NCBI RefSeq assembly: GCF_056746865.1
Contig: NZ_CM163382.1
DNA length: 64,000 nucleotides
Direction: 5' to 3' (one strand)
Shown here: positions 50,815 through 61,994 of the stretch, one piece after another
Position numbering within the stretch: the stretch's first letter is position 1
How the letters are laid out: every line of letters starts with the position of its first letter
Position numbers and translations under genes: made by a program
Notes under the pieces: generated by a model
What the model was told of the DNA's origin: nothing
Databases searched by the model: none
Seen by the model: the letters and a program-made list of their open reading frames with translations, nothing else

Positions 50815-51654
50815 TTAGCGCCCCCGAATACCATCAGCCAGACGTTTGCCGTTACGCACCGACAGCAGCGTCAGCAAAGTGCGCCAGGTCATACGTTTAT
50901 TGCGGATCTGGTAGAGGGTAAACAGCTGATATTTTTTGCTGGCGCGGTCGAATTTGTCTTTGTGCTTGCGGTAAAAGTGGAAGTATCCGGAGAATTTTTT
51001 CGGTGACGAGGTGATCTGCATTTCACCGTGATTGATATGCAGGATCTGCGTCGCCTCTTCCACTTTCCACGGTTCGCCATACTCCACCACCATCCGCAGG
51101 AAGATGTCGTAATCCTGTGCCGCTTTCAGTTCGGTATCGAACAAACACTCTTTGAAACGCCACGCCCAGGTAAAGACCTGATTGCCAATGATATTGCGTT
51201 TATAGAACAGGCGGCGTGAATACGGCGATTTGGGATATAGCGGCAAACTTGCTGGTTGGGAATAGACTTCGCCCTGGCAAACGTAGTCGTTAGCGTACAA
51301 AAAGGCGTGAGTGACCAGTTGCTGTTTATGGGCGAGGAAGACGCTCAGACGGTTGGGTGTCCATTCATCATCATCATCGATCCCGGTGATGTATTCCCCT
51401 TGCGCCAGCATAATCGCCTGGTTACGTACCGCGCACGCCCCGCTGTTAATGTCGTTGTGAATGTAGGTAATACGCGGATCGTTGAGGGCGGTGACGTACT
51501 GTTGCAGTTGTTCCCAGGAGGTGGAGCAATCATCCACGATGATCATCTCCCAGTTGCTGTAGTCCTGGCGCAAGACCGATTTTATTGCCCGAATCGCCAG
51601 TTGTTGGCGGTTCCAGGTTGGCATATAGATTGAGATCAGCGGATTGTCTTTCAT
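50815..51654 (-). CDS. wcaA: Colanic acid GT2-family glycosyltransferase WcaA
   Basis: 279 aa ORF (MKDNPLISIYMPTWNRQQLAIRAIKSVLRQDY...). Confidence 0.85.
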   Translation of the reverse strand: MKDNPLISIYMPTWNRQQLAIRAIKSVLRQDYSNWEMIIVDDCSTSWEQLQQYVTALNDPRITYIHNDINSGACAVRNQAIMLAQGEYITGIDDDDEWTPNRLSVFLAHKQQLVTHAFLYANDYVCQGEVYSQPASLPLYPKSPYSRRLFYKRNIIGNQVFTWAWRFKECLFDTELKAAQDYDIFLRMVVEYGEPWKVEEATQILHINHGEMQITSSPKKFSGYFHFYRKHKDKFDRASKKYQLFTLYQIRNKRMTWRTLLTLLSVRNGKRLADGIRGR

Positions 51655-51687
51655 AGGTTGTTCTCCCGGCTTATGAGCTTGTTTGCT

Positions 51688-51722
51688 TGCCGGATGCGGC
51701 GTGAGCGCCTTATCCGGCCTAC
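51688..51722. repeat. REP element between wcaA and wzc
   Basis: Palindromic gccggatgcggcgtgagcgccttatccggcctac read directly in the intergenic region. Confidence 0.7.
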
Positions 51723-51746
51723 GGGGCGGTGCGAATGCAGGTGTCG

Positions 51747-53909
51747 TTATTTCGCATCCGACTTATATTCGTATTCGTAATAGCCATAATCCTGATACGC
51801 GCTGGCGCGGCGGAAGATGGAGTTCAGAATCACCCCTTTCACCGGAATACCATTTTGCTCAAAGCGGCTCAGACTGGTTTCCACTTCTTTCAATGTGTTG
51901 ACCGCATAACGCGCCACCATTAATGTGGTTCCGACATGACGACCAACAATTGCCGCATCGGTCACTGCCAGAATCGGCGGCGTATCAATCAACACCAGGT
52001 CATAGTTTTTACTCGCCCAGTTCACCAGTTCGGCAAAGCGTTCGCTCATCAACAGTTCAGAAGGATTTGGCGGTACCTGACCGCGCGGGATCAGGTCAAA
52101 TTTGGCAATAGAGGTCGGTTTAGCAGCGGTAGTAATATCGCCCTGACCAATCAGAATTTCCGACAGGCCATTGACGTTATTAGTGCCCAACAGCTCGTGG
52201 GTGTAGCCTTTGCGCATATCGCAGTCGATCAACAACACCCGTTTATTGGTCTGGCTGATCACCGCCGCCAGGTTGGCGCAGACAAAGGTTTTACCAATTG
52301 ACGGGCTAACCCCGGTCATCATCAACACATTGTTCTGTGCCTGCATCATCGCGAAGTGCAAACTGGTACGCAGACTACGGATGGCTTCAATCGCCAGATC
52401 GGTTGGATTCCCCACCGCCAGTAGCAGGCTCTGTTTATAGCGTTTAATCCCTTTGATGGTTTTGACGCTATCACGCGCTTTCTGCCATTCCGACAGCGGG
52501 ATGCTGGCATAGACGCTAATACCGTGTTCTTCCAGTACTTGCGGGCTTTCAATGCCGCGATTAAACAACGAGCGCAGCAGCACACCCACGATAGAAAGCA
52601 TCAGGCCAAGGATAATCGCGCCGAGGATAATCAGCCCTTTCTTCGGTTTCAGCACGCCAGGCTGAGTGATTGCCGGGTCAACAATGCGCACATCGCCGAC
52701 GGTGCTGGCCTCGGTGATTTTCAGCTCCTGCTCTTTATTCAGCAGTTGCATATAGACCTGCTGACCAGACTCGACATCGCGGGTCAGACGGACAATCTCC
52801 TGCTGGGTTTTCGGCATCGCCGTTACGCGACCGTTAAGTTTGGCTTTTTCGTCTTCCAGCGCCTGACGTTTCTCCAGCAGCGTGCGGTACGCCGGGTGAA
52901 CTTTGGTGTACAGCTTGGAGATTTCCGCCTCTTTAAAGGTCAGTTCGTTCAACTGGGCGTCGATGTTCACCATCGAATCGAGCACCGCTTTCGCTTCCAG
53001 CGGCAGATCAACAGAATCTTTATCCTGACGGAAGGCATTCAGTTTGTTTTCGGCAACATCCAAGCGGCTACGTACTTCCGGTAACTGTTGCGCGAGGAAG
53101 GCGAGGCTTTTCGACGCTTCCGCCGATTTGCGCTCAATATTTTGTTCCTGATAGTTACGGGCGATGCTGTTAAGAATGTCGCGGATCTGTTCACGATCTT
53201 CACCGGTATAAGTCAGGCTCAAAACGCCAGCGTCTTTGCCGTTCTCCGTTACCGTCAGGCTGTTTTGCAGTTGGTTGATCATCCCCAGCGTGGAGTATTT
53301 GGTGACGGCAAACTCACTGCCCGGGCTGGCGTGAATGGCTTCAACCATCAGCGTGACGCCTTCTTTTTTCAGCATCTGGCCCGCTTGCCCCCGGGCGCTA
53401 AAGCCGCCGTCGCTGCTCAGGGTGTAGTTTTTGTTGTCCAGCACATTAAGCGTAAACACCTGATCCGCCATCTCTTTCGGGCGGTTAAAGGTGGTCACTT
53501 TCACCGTCTCGTTCTGACGTCCCATCAGGCGATCCCAGCCCGCACCGAAAATCGGGAACGTGTTTTTGCTCACTGCAATATCGAGGTCGAGATCGTCCAC
53601 CGTTTTACCAAGCACCAGACGCGAACGAATCAACTGGATCTCGGCGTCCGATGCAGGCGGTTTGTTGGCTAATGCCGAACCAATGTCCTGCACTAACGAA
53701 TTGCCGCTGTTTTGCTCGATTTGTACCAGTGCGTCGGCACTATAAATCGGCGTGGCGAAGAAGGTGTAAACCACGGCACAGAGGGCGAATACGGTGGTGA
53801 TGCCAATCACCCACCAGCGCGCTTCAATGACGGTGCCGACCAGGCGACCAATATCGATTTCATCACTGCCCGTTACCGGAGCGGCATGTTGTTTTACTTT
53901 TTCTGTCAT
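51747..53909 (-). CDS. wzc: Tyrosine autokinase / polysaccharide co-polymerase (PCP-2a)
   Basis: Start trimmed to MTEKVKQHAAPVTGSDEIDIGRLVG (ATG at 53909), 720 aa; Walker A motif (GVSPSIGKT) and C-terminal tyrosine-rich tail (YQDYGYYEYEYKSDAK). Confidence 0.95.
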   Translation of the reverse strand: MTEKVKQHAAPVTGSDEIDIGRLVGTVIEARWWVIGITTVFALCAVVYTFFATPIYSADALVQIEQNSGNSLVQDIGSALANKPPASDAEIQLIRSRLVLGKTVDDLDLDIAVSKNTFPIFGAGWDRLMGRQNETVKVTTFNRPKEMADQVFTLNVLDNKNYTLSSDGGFSARGQAGQMLKKEGVTLMVEAIHASPGSEFAVTKYSTLGMINQLQNSLTVTENGKDAGVLSLTYTGEDREQIRDILNSIARNYQEQNIERKSAEASKSLAFLAQQLPEVRSRLDVAENKLNAFRQDKDSVDLPLEAKAVLDSMVNIDAQLNELTFKEAEISKLYTKVHPAYRTLLEKRQALEDEKAKLNGRVTAMPKTQQEIVRLTRDVESGQQVYMQLLNKEQELKITEASTVGDVRIVDPAITQPGVLKPKKGLIILGAIILGLMLSIVGVLLRSLFNRGIESPQVLEEHGISVYASIPLSEWQKARDSVKTIKGIKRYKQSLLLAVGNPTDLAIEAIRSLRTSLHFAMMQAQNNVLMMTGVSPSIGKTFVCANLAAVISQTNKRVLLIDCDMRKGYTHELLGTNNVNGLSEILIGQGDITTAAKPTSIAKFDLIPRGQVPPNPSELLMSERFAELVNWASKNYDLVLIDTPPILAVTDAAIVGRHVGTTLMVARYAVNTLKEVETSLSRFEQNGIPVKGVILNSIFRRASAYQDYGYYEYEYKSDAK

Positions 53910-53911
53910 TC

Positions 53912-54355
53912 TTATACCTGCTCTGCGTTCAATGCCTGCGCCCACTGGCGGGCAGACCGTTCAAGTAATGTGTACACCGCTGCAAACGTTTCCCGGCTTT
54001 TGCGATACGGATCGGGGATTTCACATTCGTTATCCCAGTGACCAAACAGCATCACTTTGCCGCGCATCTCGGGTGCCATCTCGCATAAGCGTTCGATATG
54101 GCGCTTTTCCATGGTCAAAATCAGGTCGTAGTTGCGACACAGACGGCGGCTGATTTGTCGTGCACAGTGGCCTTCCAGAGACAGTTGATGTTCTGCGGCG
54201 ACGCTGATAGCAGTAGGGTCAGCGCCCTTACCGACCAGCGCGCCGAGTCCAGCGGACTCCACTTTCAGCTCCGGGTGATAACGTTGCAGTAAGCGTTCCG
54301 CCGTCGGGGAGCGGCAAATATTGCCGACACAGACAACTAAGATGTTGTTAAACAT
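53912..54355 (-). CDS. wzb: Low-molecular-weight protein-tyrosine phosphatase
   Basis: 147 aa ORF with the CX5R active-site motif (VCVGNICRSPTAE). Confidence 0.95.
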   Translation of the reverse strand: MFNNILVVCVGNICRSPTAERLLQRYHPELKVESAGLGALVGKGADPTAISVAAEHQLSLEGHCARQISRRLCRNYDLILTMEKRHIERLCEMAPEMRGKVMLFGHWDNECEIPDPYRKSRETFAAVYTLLERSARQWAQALNAEQV

Positions 54356-54360
54356 GACGA

Positions 54361-55500
54361 TTACCAGTTATGAATGTCGCTGGCTGTATCCGTCATGTAA
54401 CGGACACCGCTAATAGTTGGCAGCAACTGATTGATCAGACGGTTCCAGCGGGAAACCGGGGCGGTGGTGACATACACCACGTCATAAGGTTGCAGGCGGA
54501 ATTCTGTCGCCATCACCAGCGACGTCGCATCGGACATATCCAGCTGGTAGATATTGGCAATCTTGCCGTTACGCCCGCCCTCGCCTTTCAACGGACGAAT
54601 GACAAAGATGCCGCTGGCGTTGGAGGTGGTCATGTCGATGCCTTCGGCATTGCCCAGAGCTTCAGTCAGGGTCATGCCGCTAAAGTCCATTTTCAGGGTG
54701 CTCTGTTTCTTCACTTCACCCATCACAAATACTTTCAGATCATCATTACGCGGCACGTAGAGAATATCGCCGGGATAAAGCAGTCGGTTCTGATTGAGGT
54801 CGCCGTTTTGCATCAGCGCCTGCAAAGAAATGCGTTCTTCACGACCATTGTGTGTTAGCACCACGTTGCGCCAGTCAGCGGTGTCGGTCAGACCACCTGC
54901 GGCGTTGATGGCGTCGAGAATGGTCAGTGGTACGTTGGTGATCGCCTGTTGACCGGATTTATTCACCTGACCTGAGATATAGGCCTTTTGCGAGCGGAAG
55001 GCGGCGATATTAACGTCCACCTGCGGGTCAGCGATGTACGTCGCTAAGCGCCCGGTAATATCACTGCGGATTTCAGCGAGCGTTTTCCCGACTACGTGGA
55101 CCTTGCCGATATACGGGTAAAACATAGTGCCGTCAGGCTGTACCCAGTTGCCGGTGTCGCTGGAGCTGCGGTACTGACCGGCTGGCGTGGTGAGTTCCGG
55201 GTGATCCCAGACGGTGACATTAAGAACGTCCCCCGGCCCGACGCGATACTGGTAATTCGCGATCTCACTTTCCAGCGTCATATTGGGGCGCGCTACATTC
55301 GGGCGTGGGCGTAATTGGTCAATCAGGCGCGGGGTCAGCGGATAAACATTCACCATTTTGTCGAGATCGAAATCAGCGTCCTGCTGTTTGATGACGTCTT
55401 TGCCCATCGTCGACATATTGCTGCCCGGAAGTACTGTGCAACCGCTTATCAAGGTTACTGACACCAATAATGGCATCAATTTCATTTTGGATTTCATCAT
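54361..55500 (-). CDS. wza: Outer-membrane polysaccharide export lipoprotein (OPX)
   Basis: 379 aa ORF with lipoprotein signal ([21 protein letters not shown]); first gene of the colanic acid operon. Confidence 0.95.
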   Translation of the reverse strand: MMKSKMKLMPLLVSVTLISGCTVLPGSNMSTMGKDVIKQQDADFDLDKMVNVYPLTPRLIDQLRPRPNVARPNMTLESEIANYQYRVGPGDVLNVTVWDHPELTTPAGQYRSSSDTGNWVQPDGTMFYPYIGKVHVVGKTLAEIRSDITGRLATYIADPQVDVNIAAFRSQKAYISGQVNKSGQQAITNVPLTILDAINAAGGLTDTADWRNVVLTHNGREERISLQALMQNGDLNQNRLLYPGDILYVPRNDDLKVFVMGEVKKQSTLKMDFSGMTLTEALGNAEGIDMTTSNASGIFVIRPLKGEGGRNGKIANIYQLDMSDATSLVMATEFRLQPYDVVYVTTAPVSRWNRLINQLLPTISGVRYMTDTASDIHNW

Positions 55501-55678
55501 TGTTTATTTATCACTTTGGCAGAGTAATTATCCTGTGCACTATTAATAGCAATGTCGCCATGCACATTTACCTTGCAGTTAATTGAATAAAAATTTAACT
55601 GGCATCAGTCCTAAAAAAATTGATTTCATCCGCAGGCTATTGACAGAATAATTCAGACTGGTCTTTCAGGCATCCAGA

Positions 55679-55712
55679 CACGCTACCGCCCCTGGCTTTT
55701 TAGCTACCAATA
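55679..55712 (-). promoter_or_regulatory. JUMPstart element with ops site in the colanic acid operon leader
   Basis: Plus strand reads cacgctaccgcccctggctttttagctaccaa; the reverse complement carries GGCGGTAGCGTG upstream of wza. Near-identical to the element at 31509. Confidence 0.85.
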
Positions 55713-56158
55713 CACTGATTTAGTTTAATTTTTCACACCCTCTCAGCATGCAGTCGTTGATGAGAAAGGGTTATTACGGAAATTAACTTCCGAATATAAG
55801 GTGACATTATGGTAATTGAATATTGGCTTTCCAATAATGCAGGAGGAAGTGTTACAGCTAACGGAATAGCAGGCAAGGTAACAATTCGGCAATTGGCTAT
55901 TTTTAAGAATTATATTAAGTGTCATTCAATATGGTTTTTAGGAGTTTCTTTAGGTTGACAATATTTAATATTGCGCCTCCACATGCGATATTTCTTAAAT
56001 AATGTTTTATTATTACCACTTTTAATTCAGGGATAATGTGAGGTTATTACCCTCAAATAATATGAGATAAATAGTGCTGCAACATTGCATTTTTGCCCCG
56101 ATTTATCCATGATCGAATTGTGACATTTGTCATACAACGAATAGGTTTTGTACTTACT

Positions 56159-57742
56159 ATGGAATGGATTGCCGATCCGTCTATCTGGGCCGGGTTAATC
56201 ACGCTGATTGTGATCGAACTGGTCCTCGGCATTGATAACCTGGTCTTTATTGCCATCCTCGCCGAAAAACTACCGCCGAAGCAGCGCGACCGCGCACGGG
56301 TTACCGGGCTGCTGCTGGCGATGTTAATGCGCCTGTTACTGCTGGCGTCAATCTCCTGGCTGGTCACCCTGACTCAACCGCTGTTCAGCTTCCGCTCGTT
56401 TACCTTTAGCGCCCGCGACTTAATCATGCTGTTTGGTGGTTTCTTCCTGTTGTTCAAAGCCACGATGGAGCTGAACGAACGGCTGGAAGGGAAAGACAGC
56501 AATAATCCCACACAACGCAAAGGTGCGAAGTTCTGGGGCGTGGTGACGCAAATTGTGGTACTGGACGCCATTTTCTCACTCGACTCAGTGATTACCGCCG
56601 TCGGGATGGTCGACCATTTACTGGTCATGATGGCCGCCGTGGTTATCGCTATCAGCCTGATGTTGATGGCCAGCAAGCCGTTAACGCAATTTGTTAACAG
56701 TCACCCGACCATCGTTATTCTCTGCTTAAGCTTCCTGTTGATGATTGGCTTTAGCCTGGTGGCAGAAGGTTTCGGCTTCGTCATTCCGAAAGGCTACCTG
56801 TACGCTGCCATTGGTTTCTCGGTGATGATCGAGGCGCTCAATCAGTTGGCTATCTTTAACCGGCGACGTTTTCTTTCCGCTAACCAGACGCTGCGCCAGC
56901 GGACTACCGAAGCGGTAATGCGCCTGCTTAGCGGGCAAAAAGAAGATGCGGAACTGGACGCCGAAACCGCGTCCATGCTGGTGGATCATGGTAACCAGCA
57001 GATCTTTAATCCGCAGGAACGGCGGATGATTGAGCGGGTACTAAATCTTAACCAGCGTACCGTCAGCAGCATTATGACGTCGCGCCACGATATTGAGCAT
57101 ATCGATCTCAACGCGCCGGAAGACGAGATCCGCCAGTTGCTGGAGCGAAATCAGCATACGCGGCTGGTGGTTACCGACGGTGATGACGCAGAAGATTTGC
57201 TCGGTGTTGTTCACGTTATCGACCTGCTACAACAGTCTCTGCGCGGCGAACCGCTCAACCTGCGGGTGTTGATTCGCCAGCCGCTGGTGTTCCCGGAAAC
57301 CTTGCCGTTGTTACCTGCCCTGGAGCAGTTCCGTAATGCCCGCACGCACTTTGCTTTTGTGGTGGATGAGTTTGGCTCGGTGGAAGGGATTGTGACATTA
57401 AGTGACGTCACTGAAACCATTGCCGGTAACTTACCGAACGAAGTGGAAGAGATCGACGCCCGCCATGATATTCAGAAGAATGCGGACGGTTCCTGGACGG
57501 CGAATGGTCATATGCCGCTGGAGGATCTGGTGCAATATGTGCCGCTGCCGCTGGATGAAAAACGTGAATATCACACCATTGCCGGGCTGTTGATGGAGTA
57601 TTTGCAGCGTATTCCAAAACCTGGCGAAGAAGTTCAGGTGGGGGATTATTTGCTTAAAACGTTGCAGGTAGAAAGCCATCGCGTGCAGAAGGTGCAGATT
57701 ATTCCGCTGCGTAAGGATGGCGAGATGGAGTACGAGGTGTGA
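56159..57742 (+). CDS. yegH: TerC-family inner-membrane protein with C-terminal CBS and CorC/HlyC transporter-associated domains
   Basis: Start trimmed to [34 protein letters not shown] (ATG at 56159), 527 aa. Confidence 0.85.
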   Translation: MEWIADPSIWAGLITLIVIELVLGIDNLVFIAILAEKLPPKQRDRARVTGLLLAMLMRLLLLASISWLVTLTQPLFSFRSFTFSARDLIMLFGGFFLLFKATMELNERLEGKDSNNPTQRKGAKFWGVVTQIVVLDAIFSLDSVITAVGMVDHLLVMMAAVVIAISLMLMASKPLTQFVNSHPTIVILCLSFLLMIGFSLVAEGFGFVIPKGYLYAAIGFSVMIEALNQLAIFNRRRFLSANQTLRQRTTEAVMRLLSGQKEDAELDAETASMLVDHGNQQIFNPQERRMIERVLNLNQRTVSSIMTSRHDIEHIDLNAPEDEIRQLLERNQHTRLVVTDGDDAEDLLGVVHVIDLLQQSLRGEPLNLRVLIRQPLVFPETLPLLPALEQFRNARTHFAFVVDEFGSVEGIVTLSDVTETIAGNLPNEVEEIDARHDIQKNADGSWTANGHMPLEDLVQYVPLPLDEKREYHTIAGLLMEYLQRIPKPGEEVQVGDYLLKTLQVESHRVQKVQIIPLRKDGEMEYEV

Positions 57743-57749
57743 TAAAACA

Positions 57750-57780
57750 TCAAATGCGCAGGTTCAAACTGCGCATTTGA
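57750..57780 (+). terminator. Hairpin terminator downstream of yegH
   Basis: Perfect inverted repeat caaatgcgcagg-ttcaaa-ctgcgcatttg followed by a T-rich stretch; sits just upstream of the toxin gene's -10 box. Confidence 0.6.
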
Positions 57781-57816
57781 TTTATACAAAATTTAGTATA
57801 ATCTAAGGATGGAGTA

Positions 57817-58155
57817 ATGAGAAAAAAGCTGGCTTTTCTTGATACCAGTCTTGACGATTTACGCGCATTTCCAGAATCGTCTCGACAGGAAATTGGCTAT
57901 CAACTCGACAGGATCCAACAAGGGTTAAACCCATACGACTGGAAACCTTTTTCAACTATCGGCCCTGGTGTGCGAGAGATTCGTACTCGCGATGCTGATG
58001 GGATCTATCGCGTCATGTATGTCGCAAAATTTGAAGAAGCGGTTTACGTATTGCATTGTTTTCAAAAGAAAACACAGACTACCAGTCAATCGGATATTGA
58101 TTTAGCCAAACGACGCTATAAAGAACTTGTTCAGGAGCGGAAAAATGAAAATTGA
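57817..58155 (+). CDS. RelE/HigB-like type II toxin (phage Gp49-like fold), putative
   Basis: 112 aa ORF preceded by RBS aaggatggag and a TATAAT box at 57797-57802; small, basic, upstream-toxin arrangement overlapping a downstream HTH gene. Family assignment is by resemblance only. Confidence 0.6.
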   Translation: MRKKLAFLDTSLDDLRAFPESSRQEIGYQLDRIQQGLNPYDWKPFSTIGPGVREIRTRDADGIYRVMYVAKFEEAVYVLHCFQKKTQTTSQSDIDLAKRRYKELVQERKNEN

Positions 58156-58435
58156 AACCTTTGATAGTGTGTGGGATGCGGTGAGTGACACCCCTGAACA
58201 AGCGGAAAATATGCGGATCCGTGCCGAACTTGTTACGATCATTAATAACTGGATTGAACAACAAGGGTTTAGCCAGGCTCAGGCAGCGTCTGCTTTAGGG
58301 GTCACTCAACCTCGCATATCTGAACTTGCCAGAGGTAAAATCCAGATCTTTAGTATCGATAAATTGATCACCATGATGGCTCATGCAGGGTTGCATATTC
58401 AACGTATTGAAGTTCAATATCCACATGCTGCTTAG
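58145..58435 (+). CDS. XRE-family helix-turn-helix antitoxin (HigA-like), putative
   Basis: Start placed at MKIETFDSVWDAVSDT (ATG at 58145), overlapping the toxin stop by 11 nt; contains a typical XRE HTH (QAQAASALGVTQPRISELARGK). Confidence 0.6.
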   Translation: MKIETFDSVWDAVSDTPEQAENMRIRAELVTIINNWIEQQGFSQAQAASALGVTQPRISELARGKIQIFSIDKLITMMAHAGLHIQRIEVQYPHAA

Positions 58436-58487
58436 TGCTATAAATACAGATGGCGACAAATTGACGCCGCCATCTGCATAACTTGTC

Positions 58488-60341
58488 TTACATCTTCTCC
58501 AGCAACTTCTTCACATCTTTGCCATTGCGGGAATCTTTATTCCGCTCGGCCCAGTCATTCAGGCGACGTTTCGCTTCGTCCTGTAGATGTTTGCGTAGCA
58601 GCTGGTCCACTTGCAGGCTGTAATTAAGTTGCTGCCAGTTGCCATAAACCCGCAGCGGTACTGGCGTTTCTTTGAGGAAATCAATCAGTTTGCTTTCCCC
58701 GTTCCAGCCCCCCACGACCCGAATATCAAACTGGGTGTCACAGGTTTGCTCCGCCAGATTCAACGTACCAGCCCCGGAAAGCGCCAGCATGGGCGATTGA
58801 CCTTGCATGTCGTTTAACGTCACGACGCCATCCTTCAACGTCAAATCGGTGGTAAAGCGGTCAAGACGCGTTACGTTATCGAAGTTTTCAGCGGCCTTCA
58901 CATCACCACCATTACGTTCTACCGCTTGCTGAATCATCTGCTGGAAGTTCATCCCTTCCATGCGCGTGTCGGTCATTTCGACATGTGCCTGTCCTTGCCA
59001 GTTATGGCGGAATGCGTCGGCATCTATGTCAGCACCGGAGAAATCACCAGCCAGTGACATCTTTCCGGTCAACGAAATCGGATAGTTAAACGCCTTCAGA
59101 ATGGTACCAATCTCAACGTTTTCCAGCCGTGGCTGGAAGTTTATCCGCGGATTTATTGATGTCGCGTCCAGCGTGCCCGGCAGTGAAACCTGTCCACCGT
59201 TAAGTTTGCCCTGCAGTTGAGTAATTTCCAGCAAACCCGACTTGTTGGTCATTTGCGTGGCAACATCTGTAAAATTCATTCCGCGCCAGCGCACGTTACT
59301 GGCCTGCAACAAAATATCAGCCGTAAAGCCTTGCAGTCCCTGATAGGCCGGTTCATCAATACGCGAAGAAATGACCGGGCGCGGCAACGTTGATTGGCTC
59401 TGCCCCTGCTGCGCGGCACCGTTTTCACCGTTCGCTGTTTCATTAAGCGGGATGAGGTTGTCAAGATTCAGTTGCGGGAATTGCAGTCTCAGCTGCCATT
59501 CCGGTTTCTCTGTCAACGTGACCTGTGCTTGCCCGCTCAGCGTACTGTCATTGGCGGTCAAACTAATTTGGTTAAATGAAAGGCGTTTATGTGACTCCTG
59601 CCACTGGGCCTGGAAACTCCCCTGCCCCTGAATACCTTGTTTTGGTAAATCTGCACCCTGCAACTGCCAGTTAACTTGTTCAATAGCCGCCGTTAAATCA
59701 TGCGGATAATCAGAAGCATCTACCGTACCGTTAAGGGATATCGTGAGATCGCGCTGATCGCGATTAACCCGCCCGGAGAACTCAAATGAACCACGATGTT
59801 GGGGATCTTGTTCCATTTGCAGGCGAATATTGCGGATTGTCACCTGCTCGTCATCTTCATGCTGGAACACCAGCACGCTGTCCGCCACCTTAAGACTGGA
59901 TATATCAAACGACCATCCGCGATCGTCTGACAGATCCGGCAAGGTATTGTCGCGTGGTGCAACCGGGGCATCTTCACTGCGTACCGCTTCCGTCTGCGGC
60001 GTCAGTTGGATCACTGCCCCTTTTAGCATCACCTGCTTAACGCTCAGTTGATGACTCAGCAGTGGTAAAAGCGCCACGTCCAGACGCATGTTGTCTGCGC
60101 GAACCAGTGGCTGGCTCGCGCCCTGGGCAGTGAGAGACATTCGCCCGGAGAGGATACTAAGTTGCGGCCAGACGTGCCAACGCAGTGGCCCGTCGAGCTG
60201 CAATTGATAACCGCTACGTGCAGCAACTTGCTTGACCATATAGTCGCGGAAATCATTCGGATTCACCAGCAACACTAACGCAGATAACCCGGCCACCAGC
60301 ACGACCAGGAGTATCATCAGCGTCGTCAGAAATCGTCTCAT
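58488..60341 (-). CDS. asmA: AsmA outer-membrane-assembly protein (AsmA-like family)
   Basis: 617 aa ORF with N-terminal signal anchor (MRRFLTTLMILLVVLVAGLSALVLLVNPNDF). Confidence 0.9.
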   Translation of the reverse strand: MRRFLTTLMILLVVLVAGLSALVLLVNPNDFRDYMVKQVAARSGYQLQLDGPLRWHVWPQLSILSGRMSLTAQGASQPLVRADNMRLDVALLPLLSHQLSVKQVMLKGAVIQLTPQTEAVRSEDAPVAPRDNTLPDLSDDRGWSFDISSLKVADSVLVFQHEDDEQVTIRNIRLQMEQDPQHRGSFEFSGRVNRDQRDLTISLNGTVDASDYPHDLTAAIEQVNWQLQGADLPKQGIQGQGSFQAQWQESHKRLSFNQISLTANDSTLSGQAQVTLTEKPEWQLRLQFPQLNLDNLIPLNETANGENGAAQQGQSQSTLPRPVISSRIDEPAYQGLQGFTADILLQASNVRWRGMNFTDVATQMTNKSGLLEITQLQGKLNGGQVSLPGTLDATSINPRINFQPRLENVEIGTILKAFNYPISLTGKMSLAGDFSGADIDADAFRHNWQGQAHVEMTDTRMEGMNFQQMIQQAVERNGGDVKAAENFDNVTRLDRFTTDLTLKDGVVTLNDMQGQSPMLALSGAGTLNLAEQTCDTQFDIRVVGGWNGESKLIDFLKETPVPLRVYGNWQQLNYSLQVDQLLRKHLQDEAKRRLNDWAERNKDSRNGKDVKKLLEKM

Positions 60342-60362
60342 GGTATCCTCAATGGGCCTGAA

Positions 60363-60944
60363 TTAGTCTTTATCGATTCGGCTGGCTACCGCGCCCTGCT
60401 GGTTGCGATATTTCGCATCTTCACGGCGGTTGTAAGGTCGCGCCGCCGGGCCGGAAAGCGGCTCAAAGCTCAGCGCACCAATTAACATGCCCGGACGCAG
60501 CGCCAGCGGCAGCTTACCGGAGTTGTAGAACTCCAGCACAATACAGCCAGACCAGCCCGGATCGATACGGTGCGCGGTGACGTGCACCATAAGCCCCAGA
60601 CGCGCCAGTGAGGAACGACCGTCCAGCCAGCCCACCAGATCGGCTGGCAGCGTCACCGACTCCAGCGTCACCGCCAGCGCCAGCTCTCCTGGGTGAAGAT
60701 AAAACGCCTCGCTTTCATCGAGTACGATCTCATCGCTCATCACGCGGTCAAGCGCGGCGCTCACTTCATCTTTGGGACCGCTCAGATCGATAAACGCTGC
60801 CGTGTGACCACGGAAGGTACGAAATTTATTGCCCAGGCGCACATCCACCGTCGCGCCATTAATACGCTCCACTGGCGGACGTGGGTTGATCGACAAACGG
60901 CCTTCATCAAGCCAGGCTTCAATATCTCGGTCACACAGACGCAT
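60363..60944 (-). CDS. dcd: dCTP deaminase
   Basis: 193 aa ORF ([41 protein letters not shown]...). Confidence 0.95.
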   Translation of the reverse strand: MRLCDRDIEAWLDEGRLSINPRPPVERINGATVDVRLGNKFRTFRGHTAAFIDLSGPKDEVSAALDRVMSDEIVLDESEAFYLHPGELALAVTLESVTLPADLVGWLDGRSSLARLGLMVHVTAHRIDPGWSGCIVLEFYNSGKLPLALRPGMLIGALSFEPLSGPAARPYNRREDAKYRNQQGAVASRIDKD

Positions 60945-61035
60945 GGCATTTTCTCCTTTCGTGCATCACTCCCTTAACGCCAATTACGTCAAGGGCATAC
61001 CAGGTTATCACTGAACGGTACACAATTTATCAAGC

Positions 61036-61677
61036 TTATTCAAAGAACTGACTTATTTTCGCTTTCAATATATCGATGGCGATGCGGTTTTTCCCGCCGC
61101 GCGGCACGATAATGTCCGCATATTGTTTAGAAGGCTCAATGAATTGCAGGAACATCGGACGCACGGTTTTTTGATATTGCGCCATCACTGAATCCATTGA
61201 ACGCCCACGCTCGTTAACGTCACGCTTGATGCGGCGCATCAGGCAGATATCCAGCGGGGTATCAACGAAAATTGAGAAGTTAAGTTCGTCACGCAAACGC
61301 GCATCCGTTAGCAGCAAAATGCCTTCGAGAATGATGACTTTCTTCGGCTCAACCGTCACCGTTTCTTTCATACGCGTATGTTCAACATAGCTGTAAACCG
61401 GCAGGTCAATGGCCGAGCCGCGTTTCAACGCTTGTAAATGCTCAAGCAACAGGCTGTGATCCATCGCGCTGGGATGGTCGTAGTTGGTCTTAACGCGTTC
61501 TTCCATCGACAGATGGCTTTGATCTTTGTAATAGCAGTCTTCGGGAATTACGCCGATGTGTTCATCACCGACTTGCTCACGTAATTCACGATAAAGGGTA
61601 CTGGCAATAAGACTCTTGCCGGAAGCCGATGCGCCAGCGATACCGATAATGACGCACTGATGAGACTGATCAGTCAT
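61036..61677 (-). CDS. udk: Uridine/cytidine kinase
   Basis: Start trimmed to [22 protein letters not shown] (ATG at 61677), 213 aa with a P-loop. Confidence 0.95.
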
Positions 61678-61994
61678 ATATTTAGCGACCTGATTAACCT
61701 GGATGTTAGGAAGGGGGCGACGAAGCGCCAAACGCGGCAATTATAGGGATTTCATCCGCCTGATACCAGTCGAATAGCGTTGCCGCGCGCTCAGAGTAAT
61801 TGTTGACGAATAATTCCCGGTGGCAAATTACGTTGTTCAGTTTTAATGCAAGGTAAAAATTGTTATACGAAGTTGCGCAAATTATCCGCCTTTACGTCAC
61901 TTTATGAGCAATTCGCATATAAAATGTAAAACTTTTGTACTAGCATAAACACAGAAACGAATACTGGCGACCTGGTCTTGCGGATAAAGCGGTA

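Noticed and set aside
55743-56367. Small minus-strand ORFs (60 aa and 104 aa) upstream of wza and overlapping the yegH start region
   Set aside because: They sit in the AT-rich colanic acid leader and yegH promoter region and overlap the true yegH start; no conserved-looking sequence.
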